From an uncultured Fimbriimonadaceae bacterium (GTDB taxonomy: Bacteria > Armatimonadota > Fimbriimonadia > Fimbriimonadales > Fimbriimonadaceae): a DNA stretch of 64,000 nt. The stretch covers positions 40,372 through 104,371 of the forward strand of contig CAZPHD010000002.1 in NCBI GenBank assembly GCA_964586225.1, written 5' to 3'. The position numbers and the translations under genes are program-made. Under the pieces are notes generated by a model that was not told where the DNA came from, did not search any database, and was given only the letters and a program-made list of their open reading frames with translations. Positions 24,275 to 32,020 of the stretch are shown in pieces. Positions within the stretch are counted from its first letter, which is position 1; each line of letters begins with the position of its first letter.

Positions 24275-25888
24275 TTACTCTTCGGTCTTTTCTTCGGTTT
24301 CTGCCTCGACTTCAGGCTCGGCGATCGGCTCATCGTCCACATCGTCGTCCTCAAGGTCACGGCCCAGGATTCCGCGCAGCGCGCCAAGACGCTCGCCAAT
24401 GGTGGCACCGCCGGTGGCAAAGCCACGGCGCGTCGGTGCGTAGTCATCGAAGTCATCGTCTCGGCCACGGCCCTTGCCCTTGGCACCCTTCTTCTTGGTG
24501 CCCGAGCCTCCGCCAAGACCGCGCTTGCGATCATCTTCGTCGTAGCTCGAGGGAGCTCCACCGCCCATGCCAGAGCGAACGGGGTCCATGCCACCGCTGA
24601 CGGCGCGCATGCTGAGGACCATACGGCGCTGGTCGGGTCGCAGGTCGATCACCTGCACTTCGACTTCCTGATTTTCTTCGATCACCTCTTCCGGCTTGCG
24701 GATTCGGCGGCTCGACATCTCGCTCACCGGGATGAACGCTTCCGCGCCCTCCGGCAGCTTGACGAACGCACCCGCCGCGACGATGCGCGAGATGGTGCAG
24801 TTCAGCTTCTGATTGAGCACATAGTGCTCGCTGATGAGCTTCCACGGATCCGGCAGAACTTGTCGGTGACCGAGGCTGATCTTGCCCGCTTCGGCGTCAA
24901 GCTTCAACACCATCACCTTGATCTTCTGGCCTTCCTTGAACATCTCCTTGGGATGGTTAATGCGCATCCAGCTCATTTCGGAGATGTGAAGTAGGCCATC
25001 GACGCCGCCCAGATCGACGAATGCGCCGTAGTCGGTGAGGCGTCGAACCGAGCCTTCGAGGATCTCGCCCGGTTGAACCTTAACGAAGATCTCTTCGCGA
25101 GCGTTGGCTCGTCGCTCTTCGTCGGCCTGTCGGTTCGAGAGCACGACCTTCTTACGGTCTCGATCGATCTCGATGATCTTCAGTGACATCGGCTGGCCGA
25201 CATATTTCTCGATGTTGCGGAGCTTGCCATTGCCGACGTGGGTCGCGGGGACGAATCCTCGAACGCCGATGTCCACAACGAGCCCACCTTTGACGCGGTC
25301 AACGACCTGCGCAGTGAGCATGGTGCCCGCTTGGAACGTCTCTTCGATCTGGTCCCAAGCGGCTTCGAAATCGGCTCGCTTCTTGGAAACGACGAGGTTG
25401 CCGCCGGTCCCTTCGGGGCGGATGACCACGACCTGAATCTTGTCGCCGACTTTGACAAGTTCACTAGCGTGCTCAATGTTCTCGTCGGTGAGTTCGGAAA
25501 CCGGAAGTTCGCCTTCCGACTTGGTTCCAAGGTCAACGAAGACCTTATCGCGGTCAACCTGGATGACCGTCGCTTCGACTCGATCGCCCCGTGAAAGCTT
25601 CTTGTAGCCACCATCGGGCATATCTTCGCCTGCTTCCAGCGCGTCCATAGCCGCTTCAAAGAGCGCCATGTCATCTTCGGGCGACACTGGAGCTTCAGCA
25701 ACGGGTGCTGGCGCAGGTACCGGCTCCGGAGTCGGCTCGGCAGCAGGCTCAGGGGCGGGTTCCGGAGTAGGCTCCGGAGCAGCTTCGGGCGTCGGATCGG
25801 GCTCGGGCATGGCCGTAGGCTCGTCCGGAGTCGGAGTCAGGGACGCATCCTCAGGTTCCGGGTGCGTCAGGGTTTCGTCGGTCATCAT
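24275..25888 (-). CDS. rpsA: 30S ribosomal protein S1 (4 S1 domains) with low-complexity N- and C-terminal extensions
   Basis: Four S1/OB repeats (for example GEILEGSVRRLTDYGAFVDLGGVDGLLHISEM). The N-terminus is about 75 aa and Pro/Glu/Thr/Ala-rich. The C-terminus is Gly/Lys/Arg-rich and then acidic. Confidence 0.9.
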   Translation of the reverse strand: MMTDETLTHPEPEDASLTPTPDEPTAMPEPDPTPEAAPEPTPEPAPEPAAEPTPEPVPAPAPVAEAPVSPEDDMALFEAAMDALEAGEDMPDGGYKKLSRGDRVEATVIQVDRDKVFVDLGTKSEGELPVSELTDENIEHASELVKVGDKIQVVVIRPEGTGGNLVVSKKRADFEAAWDQIEETFQAGTMLTAQVVDRVKGGLVVDIGVRGFVPATHVGNGKLRNIEKYVGQPMSLKIIEIDRDRKKVVLSNRQADEERRANAREEIFVKVQPGEILEGSVRRLTDYGAFVDLGGVDGLLHISEMSWMRINHPKEMFKEGQKIKVMVLKLDAEAGKISLGHRQVLPDPWKLISEHYVLNQKLNCTISRIVAAGAFVKLPEGAEAFIPVSEMSSRRIRKPEEVIEENQEVEVQVIDLRPDQRRMVLSMRAVSGGMDPVRSGMGGGAPSSYDEDDRKRGLGGGSGTKKKGAKGKGRGRDDDFDDYAPTRRGFATGGATIGERLGALRGILGRDLEDDDVDDEPIAEPEVEAETEEKTEE

Positions 25889-25980
25889 GGGCTTAAGGGC
25901 GTCGCAAACGCGGCGCAGACGAAGATGTTACCTTAAACGATGCGCGGAATCGTTCCCTAAGCGGTATTGTAGGGATTCGC

Positions 25981-26751
25981 ATGGAGCGCAATTCGGGTTG
26001 GAATCCGGTTCTCCTCTTCCTCACGTTTGTGGGGGAGATCACGATTCTCTTGCTCGATGTTGCCCGACGGCTGTTCCGACCGCCGATTGAACTCAAGGAA
26101 ACGATCCAGCAGATGGCCTTCATCGGGGTCGCCTCTGTGCCGATCGTCGCGCTCACCAACTTCTTTTCGGGAGCGGTTCTGGCGCTGTACAGTGCCCAGT
26201 TCTTGACCAAGTACGGTGCGACGGGGTTTGTTGGGGCCACGGTCGCGCTATCAGTCTGTCGAGAGATCGGGCCCGTTTTGGCGGGCATTATGGTGGCAGC
26301 ACGATGCGGATCGGCGATGGCTGCCCAAATCGGTAGCATGGCCGTGACGGAGCAGTTGGATGCGCTGCGGATGCTCAGCGTCCACCCGACGAATTATCTC
26401 GTGATCCCGCGGGTCGTGGCCGCAATTGTGATGTTGCCCATCCTTGGGCTGATCGCGATCTATTCGGGGGTCTTTGGCGGCGCGATGGTGGCCTCGATAA
26501 CGGGCGTGCCAGGCGGGGCCTTCCTCCAGTCCATCCAGCAGTATGCCGAGCCATGGGACTTTGTGGGCGGCATCCTCAAGACCCCTGTATTCGGGCTGAT
26601 CATCGCGGCCGTTGCGTGTCAGCAGGGAATGCGCACGCAGGGTGGTGCCGTTGGTGTTGGACGCTCAACCACCAATACGGTCGTCACCTCGATGGTGCTG
26701 ATCTACATTGCCAACTACTTCTTGGCATCCATGCTCTTCCCGGTCCGCTAG
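25981..26751 (+). CDS. mlaE: MlaE-type ABC transporter permease (phospholipid transport)
   Basis: REIGPVLAGIMVAARCGSAMAAQIGSMAVTEQLDALRMLSVHP is the MlaE/Ttg2B signature. Confidence 0.85.
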   Translation: MERNSGWNPVLLFLTFVGEITILLLDVARRLFRPPIELKETIQQMAFIGVASVPIVALTNFFSGAVLALYSAQFLTKYGATGFVGATVALSVCREIGPVLAGIMVAARCGSAMAAQIGSMAVTEQLDALRMLSVHPTNYLVIPRVVAAIVMLPILGLIAIYSGVFGGAMVASITGVPGGAFLQSIQQYAEPWDFVGGILKTPVFGLIIAAVACQQGMRTQGGAVGVGRSTTNTVVTSMVLIYIANYFLASMLFPVR

Positions 26752-27965
26752 CGCGTTTCGAGCCGGATATCCGGCGACGCAAACGTCTCGTCGGTCTGCC
26801 CACCATCGTCGCTCAAGTCGCTGCCGACGCTATAGACCCGGTAGTCGGTCCCATCCGCGCGGTATGGGAACGGCTGTCCCGTAAACGGATCGGTCGACAG
26901 TTCGTCGCCAAACGATCGCAGATCGCGAGGGAACGGTTCGCCACTTCGGGCGCGTTTTTGGAGTTCGGCCTCAAGTACGAGCAGGCGCGTTCGCGCGAGC
27001 GTGTCGTCGTAGAGGTCGAGCAGCGGTCGCAGGGTTCCGGTGCAGTGGCGTGCGAACCGTCGCCAAGGTCGCCCTGGATCATGGTCGGGCTTTTTGACGG
27101 ATCCTCTTCGGGCACGGGGAACTTCAGAGAGCTGCAGGTAGTAGCGCGCTTCTCCTTCAACCTCGTCCGCGAGGCCCTTGAAGAACTGGATTCCCGCAAC
27201 GGGGTCCTTTGCCTTCATCTCACGGAGCCGATCGGTCGCCGCCCGGACATCGGGACCGAAGCCTTTGACGAGCGCTCCCCAGTTGTCGTCCCGGTAGATG
27301 TTCTGGACATGTTGGACTCCAGCCAGGAGGTTCACCCCTTCATGCTGGAGCGTTTGCGAAATGGGCGGGCGCTTCTGAAGCGCGTTTCCCATTCCATTTG
27401 CAAGACGGCTGAGATGCTCCGGAGACAATCTGGGCAGAGCGGGGGCAATGGCACGACGTGCATCATTGCAGATGGCGAGGCCAAGTGAGCCTTCCATGGC
27501 GCTTCCGCCAAGAAGATCGTAGCCGAACTTGGTGGCAAGGATGGTGCATCGAACTGCCGCATCATGATCGCTCTCGCGGACGGCCTGTTCGATCTTCCAA
27601 ACCAGCCCGCGACCGAGCAATCCCCACGCCGCAACATGGTCTGGCGTGTGGAGCGGAGACGTGGGCTTCGCTCCCCAACCGAGTTCGGAGCGGTTGGCCG
27701 TCTCCGACAGTGTCCGAAGCGCCGGGCCGATGAGCTTCAAGCAGGCCTCGCGCTTACCTGGGGTGAAATAGACCGTGGCGAGGTATTTCTCGGCAGAGGC
27801 TTCTACCTGATCAGCCGCTCGCACGTAGCCCGCATAGCGGCCCTCAGGCGTTGGGCGGGCACTCGTCTGGCGAAGCCAGTCAGGGTAAGCAAGCTCAGGA
27901 CGCGATCCGCATCCGACCAAGAAGACGGTCAAGCCGCCCAATATCCATGTGTAGCGCCGATCCAT
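26748..27965 (-). CDS. Hypothetical lipoprotein, helical, with a GspG-like C-terminal motif
   Basis: Lipobox LTVFLVGC|G. The C-terminus reads DPFTGQPFPYRADGTDYRVYSVGSDLSDDGG. No other family recognised. Confidence 0.5.
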   Translation of the reverse strand: MDRRYTWILGGLTVFLVGCGSRPELAYPDWLRQTSARPTPEGRYAGYVRAADQVEASAEKYLATVYFTPGKREACLKLIGPALRTLSETANRSELGWGAKPTSPLHTPDHVAAWGLLGRGLVWKIEQAVRESDHDAAVRCTILATKFGYDLLGGSAMEGSLGLAICNDARRAIAPALPRLSPEHLSRLANGMGNALQKRPPISQTLQHEGVNLLAGVQHVQNIYRDDNWGALVKGFGPDVRAATDRLREMKAKDPVAGIQFFKGLADEVEGEARYYLQLSEVPRARRGSVKKPDHDPGRPWRRFARHCTGTLRPLLDLYDDTLARTRLLVLEAELQKRARSGEPFPRDLRSFGDELSTDPFTGQPFPYRADGTDYRVYSVGSDLSDDGGQTDETFASPDIRLETR

Positions 27966-28028
27966 GGCGATTCCTTCAACCTCGCTGCGACATCCTGTCG
28001 CCTTATTTATGATAGCAGAGAATTCTAC

Positions 28029-28139
28029 GATTTTGGATTGGGATTTTGGATTTGCTCAGCATCGAGGATCACGACAGGTCTGATCTCTTCGGGCCAACAA
28101 TCTCCGCAATCCAAAATCCAAAATCCAAAATCGCAAATC
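28029..28139. repeat. AT-rich imperfect inverted repeat built from TTGGATT/AATCCAA heptamers, with a 53-nt spacer
   Basis: Left arm GATTTTGGATTGGGATTTTGGATTTG (28029-28054). Right arm CAATCCAAAATCCAAAATCCAAAATCGCAAATC (28108-28139). They pair as 11-bp and 12-bp blocks. It lies in the divergent lipoprotein/pilC intergenic region. Confidence 0.7.
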
Positions 28140-28180
28140 TCCCGCACATTCTCGCAAATTCGCGTGTAGTTCCACCTCGC

Positions 28181-28243
28181 CATGTTCCGACAATCTAACC
28201 AGGCACCCGCTCGGGGGCCGGAAGAGGAGAACCACGGAACATG
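28181..28243 (+). promoter_or_regulatory. 5'-leader stem whose 3' arm includes the pilC start codon
   Basis: CATGTTCCG (28181-28189) is the exact reverse complement of CGGAACATG (28235-28243; ATG = 28241). The enclosed segment contains GAGGAG (28224-28229) and a small CCCG-CTC-GGGG hairpin. Confidence 0.4.
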
Positions 28244-29443
28244 CCGGTGTTTGCATATACGGCGATTGACTCGTCGGGAAGAACGGTGCGAAGCACGATG
28301 GAAGCGGACAGCGAATCGCTGGTGCTTTCCAAGCTTCGCGACCAGGCGATGCACTGCACAGACATCAAGGTCGCCAAGAAAGGGGGCACGATCACCGTCG
28401 GACGCAAGAAGCTGAAGGCGAAGTCGATCGTGGTTTTCTCTCGGCAATTCGCGACCATGATTGACTCGGGTATCCCGATTCTGCGGTGTCTCGACATTCT
28501 CTCGTCGCAATCCAAGGATCCGATCCTCAAGGAGACCCTGGAAGCGATCACGAATGATGTCAAGAGCGGTATGGCGCTGAACGAGGCGATGCAAAAGCAC
28601 CCTGCCGTCTTCAGCAAGCTGTACGTTAACATGATCCGCGCTGCCGAAGTTGGTGGCATCCTCGACTTGATCCTCGACCGGCTTGCCGGCTTCTTGGAGT
28701 ACGAGGCGGAGATCCGAGGCAAGATCAAGAGCGCGATGATGTATCCCGTCCTTGTGCTTGGCTTCTCGGTGTTGATGCTGTTCGTGCTGTTCTCCTTCGT
28801 TCTGCCCAAATTCAAAGAGATCTTCACCGGAATGGACGTGGAGCTACCACCCGTTACCGCTGCCATGTTCGCCTTTGGAGACTTTATGCAGGCCAGCTGG
28901 TGGATGATCATCTTGGCCGTCGGTGGTATCTACTTTGGGTTCAAGCAGTGGGGCAAGACGCCCAACGGTCGGTACCGAATCGACTACATGAAGCTCAAGA
29001 TGCCGATCATTGGCGAGCTAACGCTCAAGATGTCAATCGCGCGGTTCACCCGCACCTTTGGCACCCTGATCAATAGCGGCGTCCCGATGTTGCGCAGCCT
29101 TGAGATCGTGGGTGAAACCATGAACAACGCGGTGCTGTGTCAGGCGATCGAACAAACACGATCAAGCATTCGCGAAGGACAGAAGCTCAGCGATCCGCTG
29201 GCGAAGTCCAACCTGTTCCCCACGATGGTGACGTGCATGATCGACGTCGGCGAAGAGTCAGGACGACTCTCCGAGATGTTGGTCAAGGTCGGCGACTTTT
29301 ACGATGCGGAAGTCGAAGCGACCGTGAAAGGTTTGACGAGCATGATCGAGCCGATGCTGATCATGTTCCTGGGCGGAGTCGTCGGGTTCATCGCGATCTC
29401 CGTTATGACGCCGATCTTCAAGCTGGTCAACAGCGTGAAGTAG
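28241..29443 (+). CDS. pilC: Type IV pilus / type II secretion platform protein (GspF/PilC family)
   Basis: 400 aa with two T2SSF repeats (FSRQFATMIDSGIPILRCL...; FTRTFGTLINSGVPMLRSLEIV...) and three TM segments. Confidence 0.9.
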   Translation: MPVFAYTAIDSSGRTVRSTMEADSESLVLSKLRDQAMHCTDIKVAKKGGTITVGRKKLKAKSIVVFSRQFATMIDSGIPILRCLDILSSQSKDPILKETLEAITNDVKSGMALNEAMQKHPAVFSKLYVNMIRAAEVGGILDLILDRLAGFLEYEAEIRGKIKSAMMYPVLVLGFSVLMLFVLFSFVLPKFKEIFTGMDVELPPVTAAMFAFGDFMQASWWMIILAVGGIYFGFKQWGKTPNGRYRIDYMKLKMPIIGELTLKMSIARFTRTFGTLINSGVPMLRSLEIVGETMNNAVLCQAIEQTRSSIREGQKLSDPLAKSNLFPTMVTCMIDVGEESGRLSEMLVKVGDFYDAEVEATVKGLTSMIEPMLIMFLGGVVGFIAISVMTPIFKLVNSVK

Positions 29444-29455
29444 GTTCGAGATGAC

Positions 29456-29517
29456 CGGGGTCCCTTGGCCGGGACCCTCTGAAATGAGGCTGGACGCGAC
29501 CCATGGATTGGGTCGCA
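29456..29517 (+). terminator. Two short GC stem-loops downstream of pilC (possible terminator/attenuator)
   Basis: GGGTCCC-TTGGCC-GGGACCC (29459-29478) followed by TCTGAAAT. GCGACCC-ATGGATT-GGGTCGC (29497-29517). No strong U-tract. Confidence 0.35.
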
Positions 29518-29537
29518 GGTAATCGAAGGATTGATCA

Positions 29538-30797
29538 ATGGGAAAGGAATTAGAGTCTGCCTTTGACGGCGAAGCAACGGTGTTACGCTACATCGAGACC
29601 CGTCGCGATGACTTGCGAGACGTGATTCTCGTGCAATACGCGGGGATGGTCGAGCGAATCGCACGGCGATTTGCGGGAATCGAGCCGTTCGAAGACTTGG
29701 TCCAAGTCGGGTTTATCGGGTTGCTCAATGCGCTGTCGAAGTTTGATCCGACGGCGGGGGTTCGCTTCAATACCTACGCGACTTATCTCGTCGCGGGCGA
29801 AATGAAGCACTACCTCCGCGACCGCGCCCAGACCATCCGCCAACCTGCTTGGCTCCAGGAACTGCGTGGCAAGGTTAACAAGGCGGCGAGCATTCTTCAA
29901 GCGAACCTGGGACGCACCCCTTCCGAGCGTGAGATCGCCGAACACATCGGGGTGAGCGAAACCTCCGTGCGCGAAGTGTACGTTACCCAGGAGATGCTTA
30001 AGCTCAGCTCCTTGGACGCTACGCCCGGCGATGAGGATGGCGATAGCGAACTCGAGAAGCTGGACTCCAGCGACTTCTGCGTGGAGCAACTCAGTGTGGA
30101 GGATCGGCTTGTGCTCGAAAGTGCCATGGGTCAGCTGCGCGATCTCGAGCGCCAGGTGCTAACGCTGTTCCACTTCGATTCAATGAGCCAGACCGAGATT
30201 GCCGCGCATCTCCAGATTTCGGGCAACTACGTTTCCCACATCTTGCGCCAGTCACTGGCCAAGCTCCGAAAAATCCTTCAGCAAGAGCAGTTACGAGACC
30301 GTGTGTTGCGACGTGACGCCGAAGTCGACTATGAAGTGGTTGATGATCTCACGGGTGCTTACACCGAGTCGTTCTTCCGCGCTCGCCTCGAAGAGGAAGT
30401 TCATCGCGCGTCGTGCAATGACTCGGCGGTTGGCATCGTCATGATCAGCTTCTCCGGTCTAGAGACGTTGCGCAAGTTCTACGGGGCAACGAGCGTCGAT
30501 GACTTCATGGCCGACGCCGCTGACTTCATTCGCGATTGCGTTCGAAGACTCGATCTCGTTTGCCGTTTTGAAGATACGTCGTTCGGGGTGATACTGCCGT
30601 CGTCGGGAAACAACGCTCAGATGATCCAGCGACGTCTTGTCAGCAAGATCGTCGCTTGGGTGAACCAGCGCTACGCTCGGAACACGCCGGTTCGGGTTTC
30701 GATCGGGCATGCCGCCTTTCCCGAGGCGGGACGATCAGGCAAGCAGCTGCTCGCTGCCGTGAAGATGGAGCAGATCATCACCAGCGAAGCCGCCTAG
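29538..30797 (+). CDS. Sigma-70 family (SigB/SigF/FliA-like group 3) sigma factor fused to a degenerate GGDEF domain
   Basis: Region 2: FEDLVQVGFIGLLNALSKFDP..GVRFNTYATYLVAGEMKHYLRD. Region 4.2 HTH: MSQTEIAAHLQISGNYVSHILRQSLAKLRK. C-terminal 150 aa: DDLTGAYTESFF...VGIVMISFSG...RRLDLVCRFEDTSFGVILP...VSIGHAAF (GGDEF fold, with signature EDTSF). It is a single uninterrupted ORF. Confidence 0.8.
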   Translation: MGKELESAFDGEATVLRYIETRRDDLRDVILVQYAGMVERIARRFAGIEPFEDLVQVGFIGLLNALSKFDPTAGVRFNTYATYLVAGEMKHYLRDRAQTIRQPAWLQELRGKVNKAASILQANLGRTPSEREIAEHIGVSETSVREVYVTQEMLKLSSLDATPGDEDGDSELEKLDSSDFCVEQLSVEDRLVLESAMGQLRDLERQVLTLFHFDSMSQTEIAAHLQISGNYVSHILRQSLAKLRKILQQEQLRDRVLRRDAEVDYEVVDDLTGAYTESFFRARLEEEVHRASCNDSAVGIVMISFSGLETLRKFYGATSVDDFMADAADFIRDCVRRLDLVCRFEDTSFGVILPSSGNNAQMIQRRLVSKIVAWVNQRYARNTPVRVSIGHAAFPEAGRSGKQLLAAVKMEQIITSEAA

Positions 30798-30809
30798 TAC
30801 AATCTGCGC

Positions 30810-32009
30810 ATGAACGCGCAGTTTCAGGATTGGCTTGGTGATCAGCTTCAGGGGCTCAAGGATCAGCACCTCTACAAGGTGCCGAAGATCTTGGAGACCC
30901 CGGCCGGTGGGCGCGTTCGCATGGATGGGCGAGAGGTCGTCAACCTCTCCAGCAATAACTATCTTGGTCTCGCCAATCACCCGAAGGTGCGGCAAGCCGC
31001 GCTGGATTCGATCGAGCGCTGGGGCGTTGGCGCCGGTGCCGTCCGATGGATCGGTGGCACGATGTCCGTCCATGAAGAACTCGAAGAGCGGCTCGCGAAG
31101 TTCAAGAAGACCGAAGCGGTCCTCGTGTTCACCGGCGGATTCACCGCGAACTCTGGCTGCATCCCCGCGGTGCTGACCGATAAGGACGTCGTCATTTCCG
31201 ACGAACTGAACCACGCATCGATTATCGACGGCGTTCGGCTCTCGCCAGCGGCGTATCGCAAGTCGGAAGGCTGGGTCTACGCCCATAAAGACATGGATGA
31301 CCTGGAGCGGGCCTTGAAGCTCGCAAATGAGAAAGGATTTGCAAAAAAGTTAATCATAACCGACGGCGTGTTCAGCATGGACGGCGACATCGCTCCCATG
31401 CTTGACATCGTTAACCTCGCCGAGCAATACGGTGCGATCGTCATGATCGACGACGCCCACGGCAGCGGCGTATTGGGCGAGCATGGCGCGGGAACAACGT
31501 CGCACTTCGGCCTCTACGGCCGGGTGGACATCCAGCTCGGGACGCTCAGCAAGGCACTCGGCGTGATCGGAGGCTATATCGCGGGTTCGGCCAAGCTCAA
31601 GGATTGGTTGATCAACCGCGGTCGCCCCTACCTGTTCTCAACCGCGCATCCGCCGATGGTCGCCGCCGCCCTTATCGCCGCGCTGGACGTGATGGAGAAT
31701 GACCCCGAGCCCATGCGTAAGCTTTGGGACAACACGCGCAAGTGGAAGCAGATGCTCGCCGACGCGGACTTCGACACCATGGGCAGCGAAACCCCGATCA
31801 CCCCGGTGTACGTTGGCGACGAAGCCAAGGCGCAGGAAATGGAGCGCCTGCTCTTCGCCGAGGGTGTCTACGCGCTTGCCATCGTGTTCCCAACCGTTGC
31901 CCGCGGCAAGGCGCGGCTCCGGACGATGCCCAACGCGACCCATACGGAGGAAGATCTCGCGTTCGCGATTGATGCTTTCAAGCGCGTCCGCGACCGACTG
32001 GGCCGGTAA
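30810..32009 (+). CDS. PLP-dependent acyl-CoA:amino acid C-acyltransferase (glycine C-acetyltransferase Kbl / 8-amino-7-oxononanoate synthase family)
   Basis: NNYLGLANHP, SDELNHASIIDG, DDAHGSGVLG and GTLSKALG (PLP lysine) motifs. Kbl and BioF cannot be separated by eye. Confidence 0.85.
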   Translation: MNAQFQDWLGDQLQGLKDQHLYKVPKILETPAGGRVRMDGREVVNLSSNNYLGLANHPKVRQAALDSIERWGVGAGAVRWIGGTMSVHEELEERLAKFKKTEAVLVFTGGFTANSGCIPAVLTDKDVVISDELNHASIIDGVRLSPAAYRKSEGWVYAHKDMDDLERALKLANEKGFAKKLIITDGVFSMDGDIAPMLDIVNLAEQYGAIVMIDDAHGSGVLGEHGAGTTSHFGLYGRVDIQLGTLSKALGVIGGYIAGSAKLKDWLINRGRPYLFSTAHPPMVAAALIAALDVMENDPEPMRKLWDNTRKWKQMLADADFDTMGSETPITPVYVGDEAKAQEMERLLFAEGVYALAIVFPTVARGKARLRTMPNATHTEEDLAFAIDAFKRVRDRLGR

Positions 32010-32020
32010 GCTAGCCAACC

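Noticed and set aside
27966-28240. Possible c-di-GMP (GEMM-I/II) riboswitch in the long pilC leader.
   Set aside because: I could not recognise the conserved GEMM helices or tetraloop-receptor elements by eye. Only generic stems are present, so an Infernal scan is needed before any such claim.
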